64,000 nucleotides of DNA from Candidatus Levyibacteriota bacterium (GCA_018061075.1 JAGOUW010000001.1:103105-167104), one strand, 5' to 3'; counted from the stretch's first letter, positions 53,615 to 64,000 are shown. Program-made: numbers and translations. Notes: generated from the sequence alone by a model not told the origin.

Positions 53615-55425
53615 AGATATTCAGGAACTTCCTCGTTTTCAAAAGAAGCGTTCATAATAATTGTATCTTTTGGAATGTCTAAAATAAAGCGAGATAAAGT
53701 GTTTGAAGATCTTTGTCCGTAAATAAGGCGATTTTTAGAGTAGGTCATAAATAGTCTTTCCTTGGCTCTAGTTATTCCGACATAGCAAAGTCTTCGTTCT
53801 TCCTCAAGCTCTCCTTTTTCCATAAGAGATCGGGAGTGAGGAAAAATCCCTTCTTCCATTCCAATCATAAAAACATGAGGGAATTCTAATCCTTTAGCTG
53901 AGTGGAGAGTCATAAGAGTTACTGCGCTTTTTTTATCTTTTTTTGCGAGCTCTGAAAGTTGCTCTTGCTCTACGAGTGAAACGTTTTCAAGAAATGTTGA
54001 AAGATCCGAAAATTCAATTGCTACTGAGCGAAGCTCTTTTATATTTTCAAGTCTTCCAATATCTTGTTCATCTTTAGGATCATAAAGTGAAAGGTAGTCT
54101 ACTGCTTCTATTACTTTATCCATAATCTCAATTGTTTGCATATTTTCTTTATCTAGATTTTCTGTAAATTCCATGAATTTTTTAAGTCTGGTTTTACCTA
54201 TTTTTTCTAATCTTCTAAATGAAACATTATCTTTTTCATTATCGATTACTCGAAGATATGCCAAAATATCTTTTATTTCTTTTCTCTCATAAAATCTAGT
54301 TCCGCCAACTAATGAATATGGAACTCCGTGATGAAGGAAAACCTCTTCGACCACACGGGACTGAGCATTAGTTCTATAGAGAACGGCAACTTCCGATGGG
54401 TTAATCCCTAGACTAATGATTTGGGAAATAATATATTCCGCTTCATTATGTTCGTTCGTTGCTTCATATAAAATTATTTTTTCGCCACCTTTATTTTCTG
54501 TCCAAAGTTTTAAAACAGGGTGTGATGTGTTTTTAGAAATTACTCCGTATGCACTGTCTAAAATTGTTTGAGTAGATCTGTAGTTTTGTGACAGATGGAA
54601 AGTTTTTACATTTGCGAAGTCTTTATTAAATGTAATTAAGTTTTGAAAATTTGCACCCCTGAAGCTATAAATGCTTTGGGAAAAATCTCCAACTACACAA
54701 ATATTTTTCCATTTCCTTGAAAGCATTTTAGTTAACATGTACTGCGCTTGATTTGTGTCCTGATACTCATCAACTAAAATGTATTGGAATTTATCCTGAT
54801 ACTTTTTTAATACTTCTGGATTTTTGTTAAAAAGTTCAATTGTTTTTAAAATTAAATCATCAAAGTCTAAGGCATTATTCTCCTTAAGAATTATTTGATA
54901 AAAAGGATATATCTTTGCAACATTTTCTTGAAAATATCCCCTGGCCAAGTTTAAATATTCAAGTTGATTTATTAATTGATTTTTTGCTTGAGAGATTGTG
55001 GACTGAACTGAATATGGTTTAAAATCTTTTGTGGAGATATTTGCGCGCTTCATGGCTTCTTTAATTGCGTCCACGCTGTCAGATGAATCATAGATCGTAA
55101 ACTTTTCTGAAAACCCAATATATTTTCCTTCAATTCTTAAAATTCTTGCGCAAAGAGAATGAAAAGTTCCAATTAGAGGTTTGTCCGGACTGTCAGATAA
55201 TTTTTGGATTCTTTCTTTCATCTCGGTAGCAGCTTTATTTGTAAAAGTTACCATTAGGATATTTTGAGGACTAATTTTTTTTCCTTGAATAAGATATATG
55301 ACTTTGTAGGTTAAGACTCTTGTTTTTCCGCTTCCGGCCCCTGCAAGAATTATCATTGGGCCTTCGCTATTTAGGACTGCTTTTTTTTGTTCTTCATTTA
55401 GATCCTTGAGAATAAGATTGTCCAT
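53611..55425 (-). CDS. UvrD/PcrA-family ATP-dependent DNA helicase (short, 604 aa)
   Basis: 'ILAGAGSGKTRVLT', 'ILVDEYQDTN', 'NYRST' and 'LMTLHSAKGLEF'. Confidence 0.9.
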   Translation of the reverse strand: MDNLILKDLNEEQKKAVLNSEGPMIILAGAGSGKTRVLTYKVIYLIQGKKISPQNILMVTFTNKAATEMKERIQKLSDSPDKPLIGTFHSLCARILRIEGKYIGFSEKFTIYDSSDSVDAIKEAMKRANISTKDFKPYSVQSTISQAKNQLINQLEYLNLARGYFQENVAKIYPFYQIILKENNALDFDDLILKTIELFNKNPEVLKKYQDKFQYILVDEYQDTNQAQYMLTKMLSRKWKNICVVGDFSQSIYSFRGANFQNLITFNKDFANVKTFHLSQNYRSTQTILDSAYGVISKNTSHPVLKLWTENKGGEKIILYEATNEHNEAEYIISQIISLGINPSEVAVLYRTNAQSRVVEEVFLHHGVPYSLVGGTRFYERKEIKDILAYLRVIDNEKDNVSFRRLEKIGKTRLKKFMEFTENLDKENMQTIEIMDKVIEAVDYLSLYDPKDEQDIGRLENIKELRSVAIEFSDLSTFLENVSLVEQEQLSELAKKDKKSAVTLMTLHSAKGLEFPHVFMIGMEEGIFPHSRSLMEKGELEEERRLCYVGITRAKERLFMTYSKNRLIYGQRSSNTLSRFILDIPKDTIIMNASFENEEVPEYL

Positions 55426-55457
55426 ACTTTATAATGAGTCTTGGCCCATTGTATCAC

Positions 55458-56120
55458 ATGAAAAACAAACTCTTAGCTTTAAACTGGAAGTCAAATAAGA
55501 CCAAAATTGAGGCTAAAGATTGGTTAGTTGAGACATCTGGAGTAGAAATCCCAGAAGGAATTCAGGTAGTAGTTTTTCCTCCATTTACTCTTCTTGATGT
55601 AATGAACGGTTACGTTAGAGTTAACAGTCTTCCTTTAAAGATTGGGGCGCAAGATGTGTCCCCGTTTGATAAAGGTGCATATACCGGGGAAGTATCGGCA
55701 GAGCAAATTAAGGAGTTTTCAGAATACGTACTAATTGGACATTCTGAGCGAAGAAATAACCTTAAAGAAGACGTTGAAATAATTTCTAAAAAAGTTGGCC
55801 AAGCTTTGTCTCAAGGGCTAAAAGTGGTAGTTTGTTTTTCAAATCTAGATGAGCTTTCAGGGCTCAAAACAGAAGGATTAATAATTGCATATGAGCCGGT
55901 TGAAGCAATTGGGACAGGAAATCCGACAGATCCTGCTGTGGTTGAAGAGATGGCGAAAAAAATTAAAAATATGGGATTTAAAGATGTTCTGTATGGGGGA
56001 AGTGTAAATTCTAAGAATATTAAAACATTCTTAGATCTTCCATCAATTGACGGAGCGCTAGTTGGTGGAGAAAGTCTTGATCCGAAATCTTTTGAGAGTT
56101 TAATTAAAAATGCTATTTAA
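55458..56120 (+). CDS. tpiA: triose-phosphate isomerase (start probably 55458 rather than 55434)
   Basis: 'LLALNWKSNKT', 'IGHSERR', 'AYEPVEAIGTG'. The track's ATG overlaps a TATAAT box. Confidence 0.85.
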   Translation: MKNKLLALNWKSNKTKIEAKDWLVETSGVEIPEGIQVVVFPPFTLLDVMNGYVRVNSLPLKIGAQDVSPFDKGAYTGEVSAEQIKEFSEYVLIGHSERRNNLKEDVEIISKKVGQALSQGLKVVVCFSNLDELSGLKTEGLIIAYEPVEAIGTGNPTDPAVVEEMAKKIKNMGFKDVLYGGSVNSKNIKTFLDLPSIDGALVGGESLDPKSFESLIKNAI

Positions 56121-57198
56121 AAAACTTTTTATTTTTCTGTTTTTCGTAGTTGTCCTGGGATTAGAAGTAATTATTAAAGGCGGAAATTTATCTCCTCTTA
56201 TTTTTCAAATAATTTTTAATAAGAATATAGATCTTAAAAAAACTGACCAGCACACAATTAACATTTTACTTTTAGGAATTGGCGGAGGAAAACATGAAGG
56301 ACCAAATCTTTCAGATACGCTTATTTTTGCAAGTCTAAATATTAAAGATTCAAAAGTGACCTTAGTTTCTTTGCCTCGAGATGTTTGGTCATTTGATGTT
56401 GATGGAAAAATTAATACAGCCTATGCTAAGGGTGAGCTAAAGAAAGAGGGTGGTGGATTAGTTCTAGCAAAAAGTGTTGCAAGTAAAATTACTGGACAAA
56501 ATATAGATTATGGAGTTGTAATAGATTTTTCTGGATTTGTAAAAGCAGTAGACCTAGTGGGAGGACTTGATATCGATGTTGAGAGAACTTTTGATGATTA
56601 TGAATACCCGATTACAGGACGCGAAGATGATCCATGTGACAATAAAGAAGAGGATTTGGATAAATTAGCTTCAGTTTCTTCTCAGCTGGAAGTGTTTCCA
56701 TGCCGTTATGAGCATTTGCATTTTGATAAAGGAATGAATCATATGGATGGAGAAACTGCGCTAAAGTTTGTTAGGTCCCGCCATGCAAAAGGAGAAGAAG
56801 GGACTGACTTTGCGCGGTCACAGAGACAGGAAAAGGTTATAAAAGCATTTATGGATAAAATATTTTCACTCCAAATTATTTTTAATCCAACAAAAATTTT
56901 TGGACTATATAATGCAGTCGAACAAAGTGTAGATACAGATATTCAAGAAAATGAGTTAGATGATTTTATAAAACTTGCACAAAAATTTCAGAAGGCAAAA
57001 ATACAGAGTGTTGTGATTGATTATGGGGATCAGGAGAATGACAGAGGTGGACTTTTAACCCATCCGCCAATTAGTGAAAAATATAATTTTGAATGGACTT
57101 TAGTTCCAAGAATTGGCGAAACTGATTATTCTGAGATTCATGAATTTATAAGGTGTAGATTAACCCAGGAGGAGTGTATCGTTTCTCAAATTCCTTAA
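56110..57198 (+). CDS. LytR-CpsA-Psr (LCP) family protein
   Basis: N-terminal anchor, 'INILLLGIGGG...SDTLIFASL' and 'ALKFVRSRH'. Confidence 0.8.
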   Translation: MLFKKLFIFLFFVVVLGLEVIIKGGNLSPLIFQIIFNKNIDLKKTDQHTINILLLGIGGGKHEGPNLSDTLIFASLNIKDSKVTLVSLPRDVWSFDVDGKINTAYAKGELKKEGGGLVLAKSVASKITGQNIDYGVVIDFSGFVKAVDLVGGLDIDVERTFDDYEYPITGREDDPCDNKEEDLDKLASVSSQLEVFPCRYEHLHFDKGMNHMDGETALKFVRSRHAKGEEGTDFARSQRQEKVIKAFMDKIFSLQIIFNPTKIFGLYNAVEQSVDTDIQENELDDFIKLAQKFQKAKIQSVVIDYGDQENDRGGLLTHPPISEKYNFEWTLVPRIGETDYSEIHEFIRCRLTQEECIVSQIP

Positions 57199-59324
57199 CG
57201 AATTTTATAGATTCTAGAAGTTCCTCTCGCGTAAATTAAAAAACCTAATTTAGAAAATTTCTCTTCAGATAATTTATATTTTTCTTTTTCCATTTCTCCA
57301 ATGTAGACATATGAAATGTCGTATTTATCAATTATTTTTTTTGTTAAATTCTCGTCAGGAGACTCGTATAGATTTTGAATATCTGAAAATCTTGCAGCTG
57401 GAACATCATAGGTTCCACGCCACAACCATTCATGAACCGTCCAGCCAAGAATTGTAGGTAAACCAGTGTTTGCGGAAATTCTCGCAAAATCAGTATAGGA
57501 GTCTCCTTGTGCTTCGAGGATCACGGGTTGTCCTTTTATGTTTTGGTTGATCCAGATTATTGCGTCATGATCCCCGGGTTTAAGAGTTTTAAGATAGTTT
57601 GTTCCGTTCAGCCCTTTATATGTTTTTAAATCTCCATATCCAGAAGGAACTGAGAAATATGGATAAATTGAAACAATAAAAATTAAGATAAATCCAATAG
57701 CCAGAAAGCCTATGACTGAAATTCTTGAAAATCGAGATTTAAAGTCTGTTTTAAAAGAAAAAATAACTCTAAGTAAGATATAAATACTCGAAAATGAAAG
57801 CATAATAAAGGCTTGATACGCGAGCTTAAACATAGTGTTCGCTCTGAAATGCCCGGTGTAAATATCTTTTAGATAAATTATTTCTGGAGCAATAAGAAGG
57901 AGAATTGAAAAAATGGAAATTATTCCTATAAAGAAATCTGCTGGATTTATTTTTTTATTTCTTATAAATGCAAAAAATCCAAAGAGCATGAAAACAAAGA
58001 ATCCATAAAGTATTACTAATTGCCATAACGGAGAATGCTGACATTGGCCTGTCTCAAAAACAAAAGGCCCAAGATTCTTAATATCGAGTAAAAGCTTTGG
58101 GGCACAGTTGATTCCTATCTCGGAAGCAAAAGGAGCAAAATTCATACTAAAAACAAAAGTGAATACGAAGAAGAGGGTTCCGATTATGGGTATGTATCTA
58201 ATTGATCTTAAGAAAGAATTTAAGAATCGGTTCAAAAAGCTTTTATTTTTATTATTAATAAATTCTAAAACAAAAAGTATGTTAATAAATAAACCAATAT
58301 AGATAAGCCCATCCCATGCATTTGTCATGTATGCAATTGAGATAAAGAATGACGTGAGGACTAATAGCGGAATTTTTATTTTATTTTGTAAGAACATCAG
58401 GAATGCAAAGGCGATTAACGTAATAACTATTGGAATATCTAAAACATGACCGTGCAAATCAGCTACAACAAACGAGTATGAGGGGAATTCGTGAATAGTG
58501 TGATAGATAAATCTTGTAGCATTGGGGTACCAGTATGCATTTGGAAATGTAAAAATGGAAAATGGTAAGTCCCAAAAAGGAACAGGTGATTCTCCTTCGT
58601 AATTTTTAAAAAGTGAATATATCGTTTGTAGGTTTCCAGAAAGGGAAACGATGTAGGCAAAAACAAAACCCAAAATGAATGTCTTCTTGAGTGACATTTT
58701 TTTAATTTGTTGGATTAAATTAATTCCAATTGAAAAAGAGAGGCTGAATGTGAATGCGAAAATTGTAGCGATCATTAAATTGAAAGTGATATATGCTGGC
58801 ACATGAGAAATTTTTGTTACGACTGCTGTAAATAAATGTCCAAAGTAATAATAATTTATCGAAAGAGGAGTAAGCCACATGTCACGAGGCGGGAAATATT
58901 CTGATCTTAGAATAGAATTTATAAAACCATAATCCATGAACTTCTCAAGATCATGGATGTCAGGTTGATGCGCCCTTACAAATGACCAAATGATAAGCGC
59001 AAATAGAAAGATTATTTCTTCAAATAAAAATATTTTTAAATACTTCTTTAAATTAAAGCTTTCTTTTCTAAGAAAAAATAAAGAAATAGAAGCACAGAAG
59101 AACCAAATAATGAAGATATTTAATGTAGTAAATTTTAATAACTGGAATGAACCGAGGACATAAATTATATAAGATATAAAGACCATCCCAAAAACTTTGG
59201 AGAAAATATATCCCTTATCTATAAAAGAGCTAAATATTTTAGAAGTAAGTGGTAAAAAGGTAATCCCTAAAAAGAAAAAAACTATCCACCATTTAGAAAT
59301 GTATAAGAGATCGAGTATTGGCAT
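57195..59324 (-). CDS. DUF2298 (Chlor_Arch_YYY) polytopic membrane protein
   Basis: 'INYYYFGHLF' signature. 709 aa with many TM helices. Confidence 0.75.
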   Translation of the reverse strand: MPILDLLYISKWWIVFFFLGITFLPLTSKIFSSFIDKGYIFSKVFGMVFISYIIYVLGSFQLLKFTTLNIFIIWFFCASISLFFLRKESFNLKKYLKIFLFEEIIFLFALIIWSFVRAHQPDIHDLEKFMDYGFINSILRSEYFPPRDMWLTPLSINYYYFGHLFTAVVTKISHVPAYITFNLMIATIFAFTFSLSFSIGINLIQQIKKMSLKKTFILGFVFAYIVSLSGNLQTIYSLFKNYEGESPVPFWDLPFSIFTFPNAYWYPNATRFIYHTIHEFPSYSFVVADLHGHVLDIPIVITLIAFAFLMFLQNKIKIPLLVLTSFFISIAYMTNAWDGLIYIGLFINILFVLEFINNKNKSFLNRFLNSFLRSIRYIPIIGTLFFVFTFVFSMNFAPFASEIGINCAPKLLLDIKNLGPFVFETGQCQHSPLWQLVILYGFFVFMLFGFFAFIRNKKINPADFFIGIISIFSILLLIAPEIIYLKDIYTGHFRANTMFKLAYQAFIMLSFSSIYILLRVIFSFKTDFKSRFSRISVIGFLAIGFILIFIVSIYPYFSVPSGYGDLKTYKGLNGTNYLKTLKPGDHDAIIWINQNIKGQPVILEAQGDSYTDFARISANTGLPTILGWTVHEWLWRGTYDVPAARFSDIQNLYESPDENLTKKIIDKYDISYVYIGEMEKEKYKLSEEKFSKLGFLIYARGTSRIYKIR

Positions 59325-59325
59325 T

Positions 59326-60702
59326 TTACCTAATTTGAACGCAATATAAGGCAGGATTTAGTTTAAGTTCATTTAACATTTTAACTTCATTATTTGGATC
59401 AGGTAATATCCATCTACAGTACCCGCTTACTAATTCATTACCGTTTGCATTTCTTATCATTTCTGATCTTTTTTTTGCTATTAAAAGATATTGAATATTA
59501 TATGTTATGCCGTCATTTCCTGCCATATGATCATTTAGTGCATAAATATTATTATTGAAAATGCTTATGTTTCCCCATATTTTTTTAGCAACTGGATCAG
59601 CTGAGTTAAAAAGAGAAATTAAAATTATTACAAATACTAAAGCTCCAATTATTTTTATAGCAATATCATTCTTTAGGGCAGTTATGCTTTTTGAGAGTCC
59701 GATTATTAAGAATGGAATTACAGGTAAAGCATATCTAGGGATGGTATATGTTTGAAGCGAGAGGACTGTTAAGAAGTAAGAAATAACAAATAAAATAATT
59801 ACAAGTAAGGCTTTTATGTTATCTGAGTTTTTATGAAATTTTATTTTTTTAAAATTAAAAATATATAAAAAGATTGCAGAAATAATAATTAAAATATATA
59901 ACCAGTTAAAATTAAGAAATATTACCTGTTTCCAATGCCACTCGGAATAAGGATTTATAAATTGAAGAGTAATTAGGTTATTTATAATCGTAAAGATTGC
60001 GCCTTTATTTTCTGTCTCTGTAAAAATCCATTCACTCCATGAATTTTTACCGTATGAATTTAAGATAAGTTTCCAAACATAATAAACGCCTAGGGGTGCT
60101 AATAGCGCTATGTAGTTTATGCTTTTTTTGAAATTAAATTTTCTTGCTTTTATTGAAAACAATATTTCTACGAATAAAACAATAAGAGGTAAAAGAAGAG
60201 CTGTTTCTTTGGTAATAACCGCAAGGGATGAAACCAGGCCATAAAAAATAAATTGTTTTCTTCTATAGAAAAGAAGGGATGTAATGATGAGTGAGGTCAG
60301 GATTGCATCTCTCATTGAAAATATAGAATTAGAAATGAAAAGCGGATATATGGAAAAGAAAAGAGCAGCTAGGTTTGCGGATAGCTTACCAAATAGATCT
60401 TTTGTTAAAAAATAAATTGAAATAATTCCAATTAATCCAAAAATAATTCCCAACACTGAGTAGTTGATTGGAGAAATTCCAAAAATAAAATAAAAGGGCG
60501 TTGTTAGCAGGAGCTTTAAGGGAGGATGTACCGTGTTCCAGTTGGAAAAATATTGACTTAACCCTCCCTGATTGAAATCGAGTGTTTGCACGAAGTCAAT
60601 ATTCCCATCCATATAAGGAAGTATGTTTATGAACGGAATAGTTAGGGAAAGAAACAGAATGACGGCTATTATTAGGAATATATAGTTTTTTATTTTATCC
60701 AT
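59326..60702 (-). CDS. GT-C fold glycosyltransferase (family 39/ArnT-like)
   Basis: Polytopic. The first-loop 'YMDGNIDF...HPPL' layout is typical of ArnT/PMT-like enzymes. Confidence 0.55.
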   Translation of the reverse strand: MDKIKNYIFLIIAVILFLSLTIPFINILPYMDGNIDFVQTLDFNQGGLSQYFSNWNTVHPPLKLLLTTPFYFIFGISPINYSVLGIIFGLIGIISIYFLTKDLFGKLSANLAALFFSIYPLFISNSIFSMRDAILTSLIITSLLFYRRKQFIFYGLVSSLAVITKETALLLPLIVLFVEILFSIKARKFNFKKSINYIALLAPLGVYYVWKLILNSYGKNSWSEWIFTETENKGAIFTIINNLITLQFINPYSEWHWKQVIFLNFNWLYILIIISAIFLYIFNFKKIKFHKNSDNIKALLVIILFVISYFLTVLSLQTYTIPRYALPVIPFLIIGLSKSITALKNDIAIKIIGALVFVIILISLFNSADPVAKKIWGNISIFNNNIYALNDHMAGNDGITYNIQYLLIAKKRSEMIRNANGNELVSGYCRWILPDPNNEVKMLNELKLNPALYCVQIR

Positions 60703-61958
60703 TTTAAGTTTTTAATCGTTCCAATTTTAGGAAGTGGAATTTCCTTAATAAATATTATCACTGAAAGAATGACAACAGGCAATAATTGAAAAAATGAAGT
60801 GATTTGCCAGCCGTTAATAGTTGGGTTTGGTCCATATACGGGATCCATGATAAATTCAAAATTTAAAAGTCTTAATAGAAAGAATACAGTTGGAATGCAT
60901 GTTGTTAAGATTAGAATTTTTACAAGCCTTGTTTGAAAATTTGGGAGAGTTAAAAGGCAAATTGGTAAAACAGCTCCTAAAATGCTGAAGTGATACTGGA
61001 ATAAATGATCATAGAAAAATAAAAAGTAAGCTGATAAAAGGAAAATTAGAGTTAAGACATGAGTTTTCTTGTTAAAAGCCATTAAGTAAATAGATATTAG
61101 AGTAATGTACTTAAGATATTTAATAAAATCTGGAGATACATTAAAGGTATATCTTAAAAACGCTTCTAAAGACATAAAATCTATAGACTTTCCTTCTTTG
61201 GGATTTAACAGATGATAGGCTAAGTTGTCTGTAAAATAGTTACCGATATTTAAAACATTAAATGTAGTTGTTGAAGCTAAAAAAATACTTATTCCTAGTA
61301 TTGCCGGAATGTAATACTTTTTAATTATTAAAACCGGGAAAAACAATAAGCTTATTGGTTTAGCTATTAGAGTAAGGAAAAATAAAATTCCCCGTTCAAG
61401 TTCCTCTTTCTTTTTAACTAAGCTAATAAGTAAAAGTAGAAGGGAGATGTTAAAGATAAATTGATATTGAGATATTCGAATTTCGCTGTATTGAGAAAAA
61501 TTTGCTAAAAAGATAAAAATTGCGAGATTAATAAACTTATTATCGGAAAAGTTTTTATATAAGTAATAAACGATTGGGATAGTAATTAGTATTTTTACTA
61601 TCATCCAATAATAGAATGAGAGATTCGGATCAAAAATTATTATCATGCTCCCAATAATTAGTGCGGTAATCGGGTGATAGTCATTTGGATTGCTTAGAGT
61701 ATTAGATGAATAAGGCTTTATGCTTTCTGGTAAATTTGCGCCACTAAGTTCACCGCCATTTATAAATGAATAAACTCCGTTTGGGATTCCATAGAAATCA
61801 ATTCCCTGACAGCAGTAGTGAAGTGAGCTTCCAAAAAAGAAAAAATCAAGCCAATTTGTCTTAAGCGCAGAGATGTTAAATAGAAAGTAAATTAAAAAGC
61901 CTAAAATTACCAGCTTACTTCCTAAAATATAAAGCAGGAATTTTTTTAAATCCTTCAT
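60690..61958 (-). CDS. polytopic membrane protein (GT-C-like, family not recognised)
   Basis: 422 aa with more than 10 TM helices, in an operon with GT-C genes. Confidence 0.4.
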   Translation of the reverse strand: MKDLKKFLLYILGSKLVILGFLIYFLFNISALKTNWLDFFFFGSSLHYCCQGIDFYGIPNGVYSFINGGELSGANLPESIKPYSSNTLSNPNDYHPITALIIGSMIIIFDPNLSFYYWMIVKILITIPIVYYLYKNFSDNKFINLAIFIFLANFSQYSEIRISQYQFIFNISLLLLLISLVKKKEELERGILFFLTLIAKPISLLFFPVLIIKKYYIPAILGISIFLASTTTFNVLNIGNYFTDNLAYHLLNPKEGKSIDFMSLEAFLRYTFNVSPDFIKYLKYITLISIYLMAFNKKTHVLTLIFLLSAYFLFFYDHLFQYHFSILGAVLPICLLTLPNFQTRLVKILILTTCIPTVFFLLRLLNFEFIMDPVYGPNPTINGWQITSFFQLLPVVILSVIIFIKEIPLPKIGTIKNLKWIK

Positions 61959-63596
61959 TTATAATCCGCAATTATTATTAACACTATAAATAGAATAATT
62001 AGTATTTATATTTTCGTATGACTTAGTGAATTCTTCTTCAAATAGATTTGAAATTGGTGGGATATTAGGGTCTGGAGGATCTTGTATTTTTACTTCAACG
62101 TAATCGATTTTATTTTCCAGGAGTAAGCTGCATGCCTCAGATTTATTAGTGGATCCCAATATGGATTTAATAACGCCACCTCTTTTATAAGTGTCATATC
62201 CTTGGGACCAAGCGAAATATGGCCATCCTAGAAATATTTTTCTGCCAGCAAGAGATGCGGGGTTATAGAGGTATGTGGTGTTTAGAAAAATGGAATCTTT
62301 TTCTGTATTTTCCATAATCCACTTACTATCGCTATTTGCCATGTAGTCATCGATTTCATATTTTCTGTCATTAAGAATTGGAAATAAGTCTATGATTCCT
62401 CCAAAAATTATTAGGAATATTAATAACGGAGCTAAAAATGAATATAGCCTTTTTTTAAAAATCTTAGTTATCGCAAATGCTGAAAACATATTTCCTAAAA
62501 TTAAAAAGAAATTAAAGAATTTATGGTTTGCTGCAATTTCTGGCGAAAACTGAAGCGTATTTCCTATGATAAAAAGCATGAAAAATGCCAATAATATCTT
62601 CTTTTGAAATTTATCTGCGAAAATAAATCCAAGCGGAATCAAGACAATGCTTATTCCTAGGTTATAGATCCAAAACTCAGCAAAGGTTCTTAGGGTTAAG
62701 TCCCCAGAGCTTAAATATCCAAAACTGAAGTGAGGAGAAAATCCTGGTGAAGAATTTAAATATAGATACTGAGGTAGGGAAAATATAGCGGCAAAAATAA
62801 GCAGAATAAAAATATTTTTCCTAAGTCCTTTTAGTTGAATTAAAAGTGCTCCGAAAATTATTATGGTCATTAAAAATACTGCTGTGTGAAGATAAAAGCT
62901 AAGTCCCAAAATAATTCCAAGAATTGGATATATCCATTTTTTTGATTTATCTTTTTTGAAAATAGGCTTTATTGCAAGATAAATTATTAGAAGTGATAAG
63001 CCAAAGGAAACTGCTAAATGTCTTTGATTTGTATAGATATTTAAATTCCAGAATGCCGAAATAATTCCATCTCCATATGGCGCAAAAGAAAGAAAATCAA
63101 CGTTTTTTATTATTTGATTAATTGAGTCAATTGAAGGCGGATATTTTATGAAAAAGTAAATGTATGAAAGAGAGGAGTTAAAAAGAAAAAATATAATACT
63201 TAAAATTCCTATAATTTTTGATTTAAAAATTTCTTTCGCAAAATAATAGATCATGAATATTAATAAAACAAAACCTAAGAAAGAAGGAATGTTTAGAGCA
63301 AGACTAATATTAAGGCCCACTTTTTCTAAAAGACCTACTAGGTAATAGAAAATAAAATGATATTTTATTGGCTCACCAGGAAATAGGGGAAATTGCGGAG
63401 GAAAATTAAAGCCAAGTGAGAAAGATCTAATTAAAGGAATATGACTTGCGAAATCGCTCCAGGCTTTGGAGGCTATAAAAATTTTATCGTTTTTTTCATA
63501 GAATGTAGAAAAAAATAATAAATATCCAAAGGCTGAGCCTATTACGAGAGTTATAATTTCCGCGGTGTATTTGTTAATAAGATTTATTAATCTCAT
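61959..63596 (-). CDS. polytopic membrane protein (GT-C-like, family not recognised)
   Basis: 545 aa with more than 10 TM helices plus a C-terminal soluble domain. Confidence 0.4.
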   Translation of the reverse strand: MRLINLINKYTAEIITLVIGSAFGYLLFFSTFYEKNDKIFIASKAWSDFASHIPLIRSFSLGFNFPPQFPLFPGEPIKYHFIFYYLVGLLEKVGLNISLALNIPSFLGFVLLIFMIYYFAKEIFKSKIIGILSIIFFLFNSSLSYIYFFIKYPPSIDSINQIIKNVDFLSFAPYGDGIISAFWNLNIYTNQRHLAVSFGLSLLIIYLAIKPIFKKDKSKKWIYPILGIILGLSFYLHTAVFLMTIIIFGALLIQLKGLRKNIFILLIFAAIFSLPQYLYLNSSPGFSPHFSFGYLSSGDLTLRTFAEFWIYNLGISIVLIPLGFIFADKFQKKILLAFFMLFIIGNTLQFSPEIAANHKFFNFFLILGNMFSAFAITKIFKKRLYSFLAPLLIFLIIFGGIIDLFPILNDRKYEIDDYMANSDSKWIMENTEKDSIFLNTTYLYNPASLAGRKIFLGWPYFAWSQGYDTYKRGGVIKSILGSTNKSEACSLLLENKIDYVEVKIQDPPDPNIPPISNLFEEEFTKSYENINTNYSIYSVNNNCGL

Positions 63597-64000
63597 TATT
63601 TGCTTATTTGGTCAGCTACTTTTTTTCCGAGTTCAACTGCGTAATTTGTTCCTCTGTCCCAAGGATAGACCTGCTGGATATTTGCTAAATAAACATTATC
63701 TAAAGGCGTTTCGATTGGAGGAATCATTTTAGAATAATTAACTGGAATTATGGGTTGAGCAAAAGGAGCTTTGAATGCTTCGAAATCTATTAAGCTTTTT
63801 TTGTAATCTGGATTTAATTTTCTTAAAAAGGGGTCATATTTTTTTAATATATCTTGTTTGTCCATCGAAAAATATGGATGATCAGCTGGTAGATAATTTC
63901 CTAAATAAAGTAAGTTTTCGTTATTATAATTTTTTTTATCCATAAAATTTGTATGCTCAACGATCGCTAGGATTGGGGCATTTTTATCGCATACGCTAAG
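63596..64000 (-). CDS. 3' part of an FAD-dependent oxidoreductase-like gene (5' end beyond the window)
   Basis: The frame stays open upstream of the track's Met (63943) to base 64000. 'YPWDRGTNYAVELGKKVA' resembles the C-terminus of amine-oxidase/phytoene-desaturase-type flavoproteins. Confidence 0.45.
   Translation of the reverse strand, partial: LSVCDKNAPILAIVEHTNFMDKKNYNNENLLYLGNYLPADHPYFSMDKQDILKKYDPFLRKLNPDYKKSLIDFEAFKAPFAQPIIPVNYSKMIPPIETPLDNVYLANIQQVYPWDRGTNYAVELGKKVADQISK

Noticed and set aside
1-64000. I searched by eye for CRISPR arrays, transposases/integrases, IS inverted repeats, prophage genes, and toxin-antitoxin or restriction-modification genes.
   Set aside because: No spaced direct-repeat array and no recognisable mobile-element or classical defence protein motifs were found. 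Absence is based on visual and motif inspection only, not on a search tool.

Overview
This is an AT-rich bacterial chromosomal segment, densely coded on both strands. I call about 77 protein genes and one tRNA (Asn-GUU). I found no rRNA, CRISPR array, transposase or integrase.

Housekeeping genes include valS, rplY, ruvC-ruvA-ruvB, purB-purA, purH, dnaG, rpoD, def, truB, mltG, tpiA, uvrD/pcrA, msrA and sodN-sodX. There is also a thiol-redox set (DsbB-like, DipZ-like, thioredoxin-like) and seven large polytopic GT-C/YfhO/DUF2298-type envelope proteins. The gene content (DUF4012-like fragment, short ValRS, orphan fabD, many GT-C proteins) suggests a reduced-genome Patescibacteria/CPR-like organism. 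That assignment is inference only.

Main observations:
1. Gene starts follow a very regular leaderless layout: an (extended) -10 box sits 6-8 nt before the start codon. This corrects several ORF-track starts.
2. Single genes with much higher G+C are scattered through the AT-rich backbone. Most are orphans or out-of-context enzymes.
3. The largest such patch (48.5-51.3 kb) surrounds tRNA-Asn. It encodes an RNB-only exoribonuclease with a dsRBD-like tail plus two orphan proteins. One orphan ORF starts 1 nt after the tRNA 3' end.
4. A GC-rich 290-bp segment upstream of truB is either a leaderless orphan gene or a structured RNA.
5. Smaller items: an unannotated 27-aa very basic ORF with its own promoter and a strong SD, a palindrome cluster in a convergent intergenic region, and a SET-domain gene paired with a small zinc-finger-like gene.

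All family names come from motif recognition by eye. No database search was run.
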